59,303 nucleotides of DNA from the IMG/VR virus record IMGVR_UViG_3300008266_000155, positions 1-59,303 of that record. The stretch is one strand, 5' to 3'. This stretch comes from a virus. Taxonomy: Duplodnaviria > Caudoviricetes. The notes beneath the pieces were generated by a model. It saw only the letters and a program-made list of their open reading frames with translations. It was not told the origin of the DNA and did not search any database. The position numbers and the translations under genes are program-made. Below, piece by piece: positions 18,601 to 26,119 of the stretch (positions are counted from its first letter, which is position 1; every line of letters starts with the position of its first letter).

Positions 18601-19422
18601 GGCATCTTCATGCGCCGCGGCTTCGACGCCGAGAAGTTCCTGGCGAAGAAGGCCGTGGTGCTCAAGACGGCGCGGCAGGTACTCACCTATCTCGAGCGCG
18701 TGAAGAAGACGATCGTTCAGTCGTCCGACAAGCTCGTCGCGATCAGGATGAGCGACCAGGGCGACGTCATCATCACCACCGATGCAACCCGGCAGGGCGG
18801 CGGCCGCTATTTCCTCAGCAAGAAGGTGACGGACGCGGCCGGCAAGGACTTCGTCAAGGTCAGCAGCCAGATGCGCATGGGCCTCTACCCGAACCGCGCG
18901 CTCGACACGATCGACCAGATCATCGCGCTGGGCGCCAGCTTCGAGGCGTCCGACAATGTCGACGTCGCGCGCGAGATCGCCGGCAAGGATGACCGCGCGT
19001 TCTCGATCAAGGTCACCACCAACAAGACCAAGACGCCAAGCAGCTCGAATGTCGAGGCCGACCCCATCGATCGCTTCACCGCCGACATCGACCGGCTGGA
19101 AGGATCGCTGCGGCGCCGGCTGGACCGGCTCGGCCTGGCCGACGTCGGCCTGCGGCTCGTGAAGGAGCTGCGGTTCAACTTCGAGGGCCAGTCGTTCCCG
19201 GCGTCGGGCATGTACCTGCGCGGGCTCATCACCGTCGCGCTGGACGCCGATAACCAGCAGATCCTCGATCACGAGGCGCTGCATGCCTTGAAGCGGCTGG
19301 GCGCGTTCACCCCTGTCCAATCGGTCGAAGGCCGACTGGATGGCGCGATGGAACATCCCCCAGGCATATGCGGCGTTCCCCGAGTGGGCGCAGGTCGAGG
19401 AGGGCGTCGCGCATGCCTATGA
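12562..19422 (+). CDS. Giant DarB-like polyvalent protein, segment 2 (end of C5-MTase, N6-adenine MTase, Strawberry-notch SF2 helicase, HExxH domain)
   Basis: 'YTKKTLIWG'; 'VYEPTAGNGAL...IIENPPF'; 'GDQTGIGKGRQ', 'DEAHN', 'TGLSLHA', 'QMLGRVNRTGQ'; 'HEALHAL' at about 19270. Confidence 0.85.
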   Translation: MSFDPNHLGDSYTKKTLIWGRFNADLPVAPVEATEGSKMWSQYGGKSQRTKNARSATPEGFSYGFFMANNAHDHQAMALANKFDRLDGKLIEQAIKVGVKPDAITNAVEDFYYMDLDDEAANKAIRDLMPGKPTPAQTRREALETSAPPVEDDRERQRRENVAKLDAIAQEGENKAAPSKGASNTVFTADKAAAARARLKAKLSGSQLNSGIDPETVQDGITLAGFHIEAGARKWADYTKAMIADLGEVVRPYLRGWYEAIRYYPGFDAQGMSTAAEIDAAGSNTATAETPTITARAPAEAPAESKPDQKAEKAENPVAPVSGVATSGKPEDKFRSIQIIRSGELPSWAYDGLNPEAFSDLADKMSVEELREASTTLTKMMLGGLGKIADPSRPISDSMPLIAVMQSERDAYRDEADRRDPPNLAASNKPAFADPLDEMRARGAKAFARGEPRIPPSELFNKKGAKEAEAWMAGYDRAMDGDATGGVSQPQLTAPPKAKTGESSMVEDIADAFRLAFSEGKGFQTILQARKHAEKVTRAPIQPGTEMAKIADEAIELGVVMRARDIVDEGRRDGSSEKAIYDQLVKLYEMQPNLSVRTSTSMRDQAYSTPVPLAYIASRLAGITPQTTVYEPTAGNGALLIEAAPAKSVTNELNPDRRAALELQGFKPMSLDASAGSTGKQAREANGGKTFDVIIENPPFGVVRDDDGKSQTYKIDDRYSTNEIDHAIVMRSLTSMKGDGRAVLIIGGVNKLMKTREARSDAYNGKAKREFFLTLYGQYNVIDHFTVDGDLYAKQGAGYPVDVIVINGRGRSARKVPAADVPRIITSWADLRNQLDVAKTTGPAIGEADRPAVGSQPGRAGGIAGADGGRVGGSRPDTAGVGGAAARPAEPAVGGSPDRGGKRPADGPAQLQPQSGAAARPESADAAGVQRRPQVAEQSQASLFEDDTAAETQPALDAPDKPKPRQAPAAATPAAVDMSKPQVPYRPRSDAKGMDTLVPVNMQTSAQEALDDLEKQVGDIDEYVTRELGYSSAADMKRYLAAEQVDGVALGIYNFTKNAGLIIGDQTGIGKGRQVASILRWAIKNGKTPIFVTEKPNLYADMYRDLTDIGIEAMLGRPIKMFMTNSGESVPLDEDGKNTLKSPPAGPHQISMRRMAQSGDLEGHDIIFTTYAQMQTVKGEETERQKFLRAMAAKNGVIVVDEAHNAGGGGPAAREKVNDKGVVIINRATFVREILGLADAALYSSATYAKRPDVMDLYFKTDMSQAVDDISTLGDLITKGGIPMQQIVAAMLSRAGQYVRRERSFEGIVYDTPAVEVDTDKYEEFSRNIALIQSFSENFVKAAAGNIDQRLKEDGKQITPDGSTGGAGASSTNFTAVMHNVINQLLLSMKAQAAADRAIAALKRGKKPVITLANTNEAFIDEYAEQVGANVGDAIGIRFNDVLQRYLDRSRTVTIKKPFAKKGESERIYLSDDDLGPAGVAAYKEAKAAIAAADYDGLAVSPIDWIRAQITRAGYTVSEITGRGLTLDYRADGQSVLKMRPGSEKSITGRRSAISGFNSGKIDVLIINQSGSTGLSLHASEKVLNKNKRVMILAQAEGNIDTHMQMLGRVNRTGQVVLPDYQQLVAGIPAEKRPASILAKKMASLNANTTGARDSAVTAKDTPDFMNAYGDRVAASIMIENPDINRRLGEPISLDEEADTDGAMRKVTGRIPLLPLKEQEELYDLLQSEYEALIRQLEASGQNALEAKTLELDARTVEAATVKPGKGTASPFADAVYFEKVDAKRLGKPMTPAQIFDTILTKFEMDDRTEIDNKPSDEARLALLAALGRGIMKDKAGQARSAFATFKRQTVEAVKKDDAKRQMQVKLDDVQKRWEAIIDIVSPGQGVVLKTNEGNFYGIVTDVSFSGRAKNPLAMSAWRVDVALADPARSMNVPFSQLYTARTAPEKGGDFQIEIAPVNSIGSMPLLRAFEDMQAERREDRVMVTGNILAGFDFVNGAGQIVNFTDNEGRLRQGIFMRRGFDAEKFLAKKAVVLKTARQVLTYLERVKKTIVQSSDKLVAIRMSDQGDVIITTDATRQGGGRYFLSKKVTDAAGKDFVKVSSQMRMGLYPNRALDTIDQIIALGASFEASDNVDVAREIAGKDDRAFSIKVTTNKTKTPSSSNVEADPIDRFTADIDRLEGSLRRRLDRLGLADVGLRLVKELRFNFEGQSFPASGMYLRGLITVALDADNQQILDHEALHALKRLGAFTPVQSVEGRLDGAMEHPPGICGVPRVGAGRGGRRACL
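15068..15367 (+). CDS. Putative overprinted acidic helical protein (99 aa, +1 frame inside the giant gene)
   Basis: AGGA upstream of ATG; MSQKQLDQLSEKLIDLLSDL...; codons such as CTG/GAG/GCC appear in this frame only. Confidence 0.55.
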   Translation: MSQKQLDQLSEKLIDLLSDLSQAELAESLAQMVDEWEEAGLIPPESAALLRDQPSLQSADLLIEAASAPLTDRLNFNRNQELPRALKAQTPQAFSDALR

Positions 19423-19870
19423 GGCGTGGGCGAAGGATCGCTACAAGGTGTCGGGCGCGCTGCAGCGCATCTTCCAGCGGATCAAGAACATCCTCGAGGC
19501 GCTGCGCAATGGGCTGACCGGGCTCGGCTTCAAGTCGGTCGACGGCATCTTCCGCGACATCGAGCGCGGCGTCGTCGGCAAGCGGCTGGTCCGCGAGCGC
19601 GGAGATCCGGGCGTGCCGAGCAACGACGGCGAGCTGTTCCGGAAATCGATCATGCAGACCATGGAGCGGCCGACGGGCGGCGAGGCAGCCTTTGCGCTGC
19701 AGCGCGACCCGCGCACGGCCGCCGAGCGCCAGCGCGTCATGCAGGGCTTCATCGCGCGCGGACAGCCGCTCGATCGCGCCATTCGCATGCCGTTCGATTG
19801 GGTGGGCGGTGTCGACGCGGAGGGACGCTGGAACCCCGGGCGCTGGTTCTTCGACCAGACGTCGCGCACG
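19312..19870 (+). CDS. Giant polyvalent protein, segment 3 (rest of the peptidase-like domain)
   Basis: Frame of ORF 19340..20218: 'EEGVAHAY...LQRIFQRIKNILEAL...GF.SVDGIFRDIERG' continues the HExxH domain. Confidence 0.6.
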
Positions 19871-20508
19871 CATCGTGACGACGGCCAAGTTCGACCCGAA
19901 CGGCCGCATGTCCTGGCTGAACGGGCCGATGGAGATCGCACGCGCCGGCCTGATCGATCGGCACGGCCAAGATCCGGAGTATGTGCAGCGGGAGCGCAAG
20001 CGCGCCAACGACGAGCGCGCGATCCTGATGGAAGGCGTCGAGGTCTTGAAGACGCTGGCCGATGCCAAGATCGGCATGGCCGAGGCGAAGGTGCTGCAAG
20101 CGATCCTCACCGGCGAGCCGGTCACCGACGCCGACATGGGCCGCCTGGCAGAGCCGATCCGCGTGGCGATCGACGAGCTGGGGCAGGAGGCCGTGGCGCT
20201 CGGCCTGCTGTCGCCTGAGAGCTATCAGCGCAATCGCGGCGCCTATCTGACGCGCGCCTATCAGCGCTACGAGCAGGAGCAGAACGGGCTGGTCAGCCTC
20301 ACCAACAAGATCATGGGCAGCCGCCGGAAGAAGATCATCGGCAACCAGTTCAAGGGCCGCGGCATGTTCGTGGACGTCGATGTGACGCGGCTGCTGCGCG
20401 ACGACCCCGAGTTCCAGACCGCGGCGCGCGGCAAGCCCGTGAACGGCGAGCGCTTCAAGGTCTACCAGTATGTGACCGAGAACGTCGACATCGACGGCGA
20501 GGTCACGG
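19870..20508 (+). CDS. Giant polyvalent protein, segment 4
   Basis: Frame of ORF 19692..20786 is protein-like from 'RIVTTAKFDPNG' to 'DIDGEVTG'. Confidence 0.6.
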
Positions 20509-20512
20509 GGAG

Positions 20513-22288
20513 GTGCGCGGCGTCAGCGGCGACAAGATCACCATCTGGCGCGACTACACGAAGGAGGAGCGCGCCAAGATGGGCGAGATCCTCGATGCGC
20601 GCTACACGATCGGCAAGACCTATCTTGCAATGGCGCATGATCTGGCGACCGGCCGCTTCTACAAGGACATCTCCGAGAACGAGGAGTGGACCAAGAGCGT
20701 CGAGCCGGACCAGAAGTGGGTGGACGGCGCGAAGGCTCGCCAGCTTTGGGCCGACCCGGAGGTGCAGTGGGTCAAGGTGCCGATGACGACGATCGGCAAC
20801 AGCGGCGGCAAGCTGCAGTGGGGCGCGCTCGCGGGCCGCTATGTGCGGGCCGAGATCTGGCGCGACATCAACGAGCTGCAGACGATGCAGACGCCGAATT
20901 TCTGGCGCACCCTGCTGACGCAGTGGAAGCTGAACAAGACCGCGCGCAGCCCGGTCACGCACATGAACAACGTCGTCTCCAACTTCATGTTCGCCGACCT
21001 GGCCGACATCCGGCTGCAGGACATCAAAGCCGGCATCCAGAGCTACATGAACAAGGACCAGAATTATCGCGAGGCGCTGGATAACGGCGCGTTCGGCGGC
21101 GACATGATGTCGGTCGAGGTGCGCGATAAGGTGCTCAAGCCGCTGCTGGACGAGATCGAGGCGCAGGGCGCGACGGCCAACACGCCGGCCGGCCGCGCGA
21201 AGTTCTTCACCCGCATGGCCGAGCTGATCTGGTCGAGCTGGAAGACCTTCGACGGCGCGATGCTGGACGCCTACCGCGTCGAGGACGAGCTGTTCCGCAT
21301 GGCGACCTATATGCGCCGCCGGCAGCTCGGCGACACGGCGGCCGACGCGGCCAACTTCGCGCGCGAGCAGTTCCTCGATTACGACATCCGGGCGCCATGG
21401 GTTCGCCTGGCGCGCAACACGGTGCTGCCGTTCATCAGCTACACCTACCGCGCCGCGCCGCTGATCGCCCGGGCCGTGGCGCACCGGCCGTGGAAGCTCG
21501 CGAAATACTTCGCCGTCGCCTATGCGCTGAACGCGCTGGCCTACGCCATGGACGACGAGAGCGACGAGGAGCGCGAGCGCGGCAGCCTGCGCAAGGACGA
21601 GCAGGGCTGGTCTTGGATCGGCGTGCCGCACATGGTCCGCATGCCTTTCCGCGACAAGGACGGCATGCCGACGTTCCTCGATGTGCGCCGCTTCATCCCG
21701 GCTGGCGACATCTTCGACATGGGCAAGGGCAGCTCTGCGATCGACATCCCGGCGCCGATCATGCTGGGCGGCCCGCTGATGCTCGGCGCCGAGCTGTTCC
21801 TCAACCGCCAGTCGTTCACCGGCAAGGACATCACCAACAGCCTCACCGATAGCTGGATGGACAAGGGCGCGAAGGTCGGCGATTGGGCGTTCAAGGCGTG
21901 GATGCCGAACGCGCTCTGGATCCCGAATAGCTGGTCGAACGCCCGCATGATGAATGCGTGGAACGGCGCGACCGAGGCAGACGGTCGCAGCTACAGCATG
22001 CCGCTGGCGCTCGCTGCATCGGTCGGCATCAAGCTCAAGCCGCAGGACGTCGATCAGGGCTACTTCTGGCAGTTCTTCGAATTGAAGAAGGCGCAGCAGG
22101 CTTTGCGCGCAGAAGCCCGCTCGTTCGGTCGCCAGCTCGAGCGCAACATCATCTCCCAGGCGCAGTATGAGCGCTCCGTCGAGCGGATCGTGAGCAAGCT
22201 GGGCGAGCTGTCGGCGCGAGGAGAGGCGCTTGCGAAACGGCAGGGCAGTGGTAGTGCTGGTGATGACACCGACACAGATGACGAATAG
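20513..22288 (+). CDS. Giant polyvalent protein, segment 5 (C-terminal LPD38-like region)
   Basis: 'WKLNKTARSPVTHMNN', 'FLDYDIRAPW...LPFISYTY' and 'LFLNRQSFTGKDI' resemble C-termini of large polyvalent virion proteins. Confidence 0.6.
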   Translation: MRGVSGDKITIWRDYTKEERAKMGEILDARYTIGKTYLAMAHDLATGRFYKDISENEEWTKSVEPDQKWVDGAKARQLWADPEVQWVKVPMTTIGNSGGKLQWGALAGRYVRAEIWRDINELQTMQTPNFWRTLLTQWKLNKTARSPVTHMNNVVSNFMFADLADIRLQDIKAGIQSYMNKDQNYREALDNGAFGGDMMSVEVRDKVLKPLLDEIEAQGATANTPAGRAKFFTRMAELIWSSWKTFDGAMLDAYRVEDELFRMATYMRRRQLGDTAADAANFAREQFLDYDIRAPWVRLARNTVLPFISYTYRAAPLIARAVAHRPWKLAKYFAVAYALNALAYAMDDESDEERERGSLRKDEQGWSWIGVPHMVRMPFRDKDGMPTFLDVRRFIPAGDIFDMGKGSSAIDIPAPIMLGGPLMLGAELFLNRQSFTGKDITNSLTDSWMDKGAKVGDWAFKAWMPNALWIPNSWSNARMMNAWNGATEADGRSYSMPLALAASVGIKLKPQDVDQGYFWQFFELKKAQQALRAEARSFGRQLERNIISQAQYERSVERIVSKLGELSARGEALAKRQGSGSAGDDTDTDDE

Positions 22289-22324
22289 CGATGCCGAAGC
22301 CCGCAACGTTGCCGGAGATCGCGA

Positions 22325-22855
22325 ATGATTGTCTTCGCCTGTATCATCATTGCTTGCGCGCTGCTCAATCGCGTCCGCGGCGGCGGCTTTGGCGGGCAGT
22401 ATCTCCCGGGCCGGGCGCTGCTGTGGGTGGCACCGGCCGTTGCCGCGCTCGCATGGACAATTCATTCGTGGCCCGTCGCGCTCGCCTTCGGGCTCGGTTA
22501 TCTCGCATGGGGCCTGCCTTCCTGGGGGCACACCCTCGCGCGCCTTGGCGGATACACGCCCGGCCGCGAGGCATCGTGGCTTGAGCGCACGTTCGAGGGC
22601 ATCTGGCCGCGCGTGGCCGTGTCCATTCGGATGATGTTCGTCTTGCCGGGCGTGGCTGCCGTTGCGTGGCTGATCGGCGACTGGCGATTCCTCGCCGCCG
22701 CGCCCGCCTTCGCGGCCGCCGCGACGGCCGTCTACGTCATCCTGTTCCGGCCCATTGGCTCGCATGACTGGATGCGCGCCGAGATCGCCACGGGCGCGCT
22801 TTGGGGCCTGCTGCTGACCACACCCGCCTTCTTGAAGAATTGGAGCATCCCATGA
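22325..22855 (+). CDS. Multi-pass membrane protein
   Basis: Several hydrophobic segments; 'LLNRVRGGG' and 'RAEIATGALWG'. Confidence 0.65.
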   Translation: MIVFACIIIACALLNRVRGGGFGGQYLPGRALLWVAPAVAALAWTIHSWPVALAFGLGYLAWGLPSWGHTLARLGGYTPGREASWLERTFEGIWPRVAVSIRMMFVLPGVAAVAWLIGDWRFLAAAPAFAAAATAVYVILFRPIGSHDWMRAEIATGALWGLLLTTPAFLKNWSIP

Positions 22856-22977
22856 AGAACGCTGCCATCGGGTTGGCGCTGCTGGCGCTTGCCTCGGTTC
22901 TTTCCGGCTGCGGCACGGCGGGAACGATCCTCTATTGCATTGCCGTCGATGGTGATCCCAGCCGCAAGTGCAACTGA
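22852..22977 (+). CDS. Small lipoprotein (41 aa)
   Basis: MKNAAIGLALLALASVLSG/CGTAG... with lipobox LSGC, GGAG RBS and ATGA overlap. Not in the ORF track (under 60 aa). Confidence 0.7.
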   Translation: MKNAAIGLALLALASVLSGCGTAGTILYCIAVDGDPSRKCN

Positions 22978-23002
22978 TGGCTCTGTCTTGTGAGGGAACG
23001 CC

Positions 23003-23818
23003 ATGACGATCGTGTTCGCCGGCCGCGCCAAGCGGCTCGAAGATCTCGACCTGCCGCGGATCGGCCACGAGATAGGCGTCGGCGAGGACGAGATCCACGC
23101 CGTCATGGAGGTTGAGGCCGCCGGCTCCGGCTTCGACAGCAAGGGGCGCGTCAAGGCGCTCTACGAGCCGCACATCGCCTGGCGCCAATCCAAGGGCGAG
23201 ACGCGCGACCTGCTGGCCAAGGCCGGGCTCGCCTATCCGAAGTGGAAGCGCGACTATCCCGCCGACAGCTACCCCCGGATCCTGCAGGCATACGAGATCG
23301 CCGGCGACGTCGCGCTGATGTCGACGAGCTGGGGGCTTGGTCAGATCATGGGGTTCAACCATGGCGCCGCCGGCTACAAGAGCGCCCGCGCCATGATCGA
23401 GGACTTCGCCGACGACGAGGATAACCACCTCGAGGCGATGATCCGCTTTATCGTCACGAACGGGCTCGACGACGAGATCCGCCGCCACGATTGGGCCGGA
23501 TTCGCGCGGGGCTATAACGGCGCTGGCTACAAGGCCAACAACTACGACACCAAGCTCGCCGCGGCGTTCGCGAAGTGGCGCAAGATCAAGGACACGCCTT
23601 GGTCGCCCGGGCAGGGCGTCGATGCGCCGGCGGCGCCCGTGCCGCCGCCTGCGCCTGTGCCCGTCCCCAAGGGCGGCGAGATCTACCCGGCCAAGCCCGT
23701 CCCGGCGCCGGTCAAGCCCGAGCCGACGCCACGCAACGACGGCGCCTTTGAGGCCCCCAAGAGCGAAGGCTTCTGGTCCCGCTTCCTCTCCGCTTTCCGC
23801 AAAAGGACATCGGCATGA
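23003..23818 (+). CDS. Endolysin, N-acetylmuramidase (DUF3380 family)
   Basis: 'VMEVEAAGSGF...LYEPH...STSWGLGQIMGFNH...FARGYNG' motifs. Confidence 0.9.
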   Translation: MTIVFAGRAKRLEDLDLPRIGHEIGVGEDEIHAVMEVEAAGSGFDSKGRVKALYEPHIAWRQSKGETRDLLAKAGLAYPKWKRDYPADSYPRILQAYEIAGDVALMSTSWGLGQIMGFNHGAAGYKSARAMIEDFADDEDNHLEAMIRFIVTNGLDDEIRRHDWAGFARGYNGAGYKANNYDTKLAAAFAKWRKIKDTPWSPGQGVDAPAAPVPPPAPVPVPKGGEIYPAKPVPAPVKPEPTPRNDGAFEAPKSEGFWSRFLSAFRKRTSA

Positions 23819-24339
23819 TTCCCGACCTCATCGCAGCTTTGGGCAAGGCCGGCGCTCCTGTGCTCGGAACCATCATCGGCGGCCCTGTCGGCACGCTCGC
23901 CGGCGCCGCCATCGGTGCGCTGGCGGATGCCCTTGGCACCAAGCCGACGCCGGAAGCCGTCAAGACCGCCATCGAAACGCGGCCGGATGCGGCTGTGATC
24001 GTCCAGCGCGTTGAGGCCGAGAAGGCGCCAGCGCTAAACGCCGACCTCGAAGCCATCATGCGCGATCGGCAGGGCGCCCGCGACCAGACGATCGCGCTGG
24101 TGGACAAGGGCTCGCCTATCGCCTGGGGCGCGCCGATCGTGTCGGTTTTGGTGCTGTCCGGGTTCATCGGGCTCTCGTGGCTCGCCATGAACCCCTCGCC
24201 GACCGTGCGCGCTGATGTCGTGCTCTACCTGCTGGGCGCCTGGCAGACTCTGGCCGGCGGCGTCGTCGGGTATTGGGTCGGCTCGTCTGCAGGGTCTGCG
24301 TCGAAGGAAGTCGCGCTAAAGCAAATGGCGGCTCGCTGA
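23815..24339 (+). CDS. Holin-like membrane protein
   Basis: 'APVLGTIIGGPVG', 'RDRQGARD' and two C-terminal TM helices ending 'GYWVGSSAGS'; follows the endolysin. Confidence 0.65.
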   Translation: MIPDLIAALGKAGAPVLGTIIGGPVGTLAGAAIGALADALGTKPTPEAVKTAIETRPDAAVIVQRVEAEKAPALNADLEAIMRDRQGARDQTIALVDKGSPIAWGAPIVSVLVLSGFIGLSWLAMNPSPTVRADVVLYLLGAWQTLAGGVVGYWVGSSAGSASKEVALKQMAAR

Positions 24340-24341
24340 CC

Positions 24342-24644
24342 ATGGCCGCGCCACGCCTATCCATGTCGACCGATGAGGCCGACACTATTGCCAAGCGCAC
24401 GGCCGAGCATTTGCGCCCGCTGATCGCCGACATGATCGAAGACGCTGAGGAAAAGCTGATGCTCAAGCTCGGGTTGGACCCGAGCAAGCCCGGGGAGATC
24501 CAGCGAGACTTTGCCTTCATGCGCAGCCAGCGCGAGCTGAAAGAGGCTGTCGTCAAGCAGGGGATCATCGCCGTCGTCGGCGTGTTCATCCTCGGGATCG
24601 TCACGGCCTTCGGCTTCTGGATCCGGTCAGGCATGCCGAAATGA
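24342..24644 (+). CDS. Lysis-region protein with C-terminal TM helix
   Basis: ATG follows the holin stop; hydrophobic C-terminus. Confidence 0.6.
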   Translation: MAAPRLSMSTDEADTIAKRTAEHLRPLIADMIEDAEEKLMLKLGLDPSKPGEIQRDFAFMRSQRELKEAVVKQGIIAVVGVFILGIVTAFGFWIRSGMPK

Positions 24645-25114
24645 AGCGCAGCCATCTCATCGCCGCGATGATCGTCTGGCCAATCGTGACGGCCGCGGGC
24701 GGATGGCTATTCCTGTCAACGGGCCCGCTGATCGAGGGCCGGCTCATGCCGGTCTTGTTGTCGCAAACGATCGACGATGTGAGCCGCAACAGCACCCGTG
24801 TCTGTTGGGATTGGCATTACTTCAAGCAGAGGAACGCGACACCGCTGAACGTCGCCTGGGCGTTTCAGGTCAACGGGCAAGCGGTCCGCACGGCCATCGT
24901 CACGACGGACGACGCCGGGCGGAACTCTCCTGTTGTGCGGGAGCTGCGACAGCGCCCGCCCGGATCCGGCGAGAGCGGGCTTTGCACCTTGATCCCCGAC
25001 GACATCGCGCAGGTGAAACGCATCACGATCGCCGGAGCGATCAACTACCAGACCAGTCACAGCTTCTGGACTATCTGGCAGTCGATCCCGCCCGTCGCTG
25101 TTCCCGACGCCTAA
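24641..25114 (+). CDS. Hypothetical protein with N-terminal TM anchor
   Basis: ATGA overlap; N-terminal hydrophobic helix. Confidence 0.6.
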   Translation: MKRSHLIAAMIVWPIVTAAGGWLFLSTGPLIEGRLMPVLLSQTIDDVSRNSTRVCWDWHYFKQRNATPLNVAWAFQVNGQAVRTAIVTTDDAGRNSPVVRELRQRPPGSGESGLCTLIPDDIAQVKRITIAGAINYQTSHSFWTIWQSIPPVAVPDA

Positions 25115-25737
25115 GCCCCGCTGCCTTCCGCCATGGCCCATGGCATCGCCACGGAGCCGCGCGAGAGCCAGCCCTGCGCATCCGGCCGGTACATGCGCGC
25201 CGCGATCTCGATGCGCCCGCCTGCCGCCGCATGGCCGCGGATGTGGCACCCCTTCCAGAGCCGATCGGCCGAGGCCCCAGGCATCAGCGCCATGCAGCCC
25301 TTGATGTGCGCGGCGCCGACGCGGAGGTTGTGAGCCGGATCGCTGGCCCGCCGGCAATGCTCGTCCTTCGTCAGTTCGCGCCCGATGATGGCCGCGTGAC
25401 TGCCTCGGATGAGCTGCAGCATGCCGGTTGCCGTGCTCTTGGGGTTGCGCGCCGCCGGCCTGAACCCGGATTCCCGGGCGACGTGGAAGCGCATGACCGC
25501 GCGCGGGATGCCGGTTTCGTCGGCGACCTTGTCGACCAGCGCGACGATCGTCGGATCTGGCGCATAGCTGGCGCGCAGCGGCCGGCGGCGATCGACCGCG
25601 AGCTGCGCCGTCGGCTGGGGCGAGAAGCGCGTGGCCTCCTCGAGGATGAAAGCGCGCGCGCTCTGCGGATCGCTCTCGGATGTCGCGGGGACCGCCAGCA
25701 AGGCGGCACCCAGGACGATGACGCCGAGGCGCCGCAT
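25111..25737 (-). CDS. Secreted lytic transglycosylase (SLT domain)
   Basis: Signal peptide MRRLGVIVLGAALLAVPA; 'VARESGFRPAARN..STATGMLQL...DPAHNLRVGAAHI'. Confidence 0.8.
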   Translation of the reverse strand: MRRLGVIVLGAALLAVPATSESDPQSARAFILEEATRFSPQPTAQLAVDRRRPLRASYAPDPTIVALVDKVADETGIPRAVMRFHVARESGFRPAARNPKSTATGMLQLIRGSHAAIIGRELTKDEHCRRASDPAHNLRVGAAHIKGCMALMPGASADRLWKGCHIRGHAAAGGRIEIAARMYRPDAQGWLSRGSVAMPWAMAEGSGA

Positions 25738-26045
25738 CACGCCGCTTCTCCGGACGCCGGCAGCACTGCGCCCGCGAGCGCCTGCTCGATCTGGCCGTGA
25801 TCGACGCGCGGCTTGCGGTAGGCTTCGCCGCCCGTGCGCGGCAGAGCGATCGACGGGAATGTCAGCGGCTTCGCGTCGATGATGGGATCGTCCGGCAGCG
25901 CCTCCTTCGACGCCATGCCGCGCGCGACCGTGACCATACGCTGAAGCTTCGCGATCTCGCTGTGATGGAACGCGATGACCTGTTCCAGATAGAGAGCATG
26001 GGTTTCGAGGTTCGCGTTCAGCGTCTCGATGTGATCGGTTCTCAT
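25737..26045 (-). CDS. Hypothetical protein
   Basis: RBS-preceded ORF coupled to the SLT gene. Confidence 0.6.
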   Translation of the reverse strand: MRTDHIETLNANLETHALYLEQVIAFHHSEIAKLQRMVTVARGMASKEALPDDPIIDAKPLTFPSIALPRTGGEAYRKPRVDHGQIEQALAGAVLPASGEAA

Positions 26046-26119
26046 GCTGGTGTCCCTTTCCTGATCCTGCGGGCGGGTTGATGGCGCCGGCCGGCCCGCG
26101 CGACCGGCGCCGATAGAGT

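Noticed and set aside
15304-19356. 1350-aa minus-strand ORF (similarly 9008..11623, 20462..23488, 48401..51118 and 2208..3731)
   Set aside because: Antisense shadows of GC3-biased genes on the + strand; no RBS and no recognisable motifs.
8435-22288. N4-like virion RNA polymerase (given the N4-gp56-type capsid)
   Set aside because: No RNA polymerase motifs recognised; the domains are MTase/helicase type.
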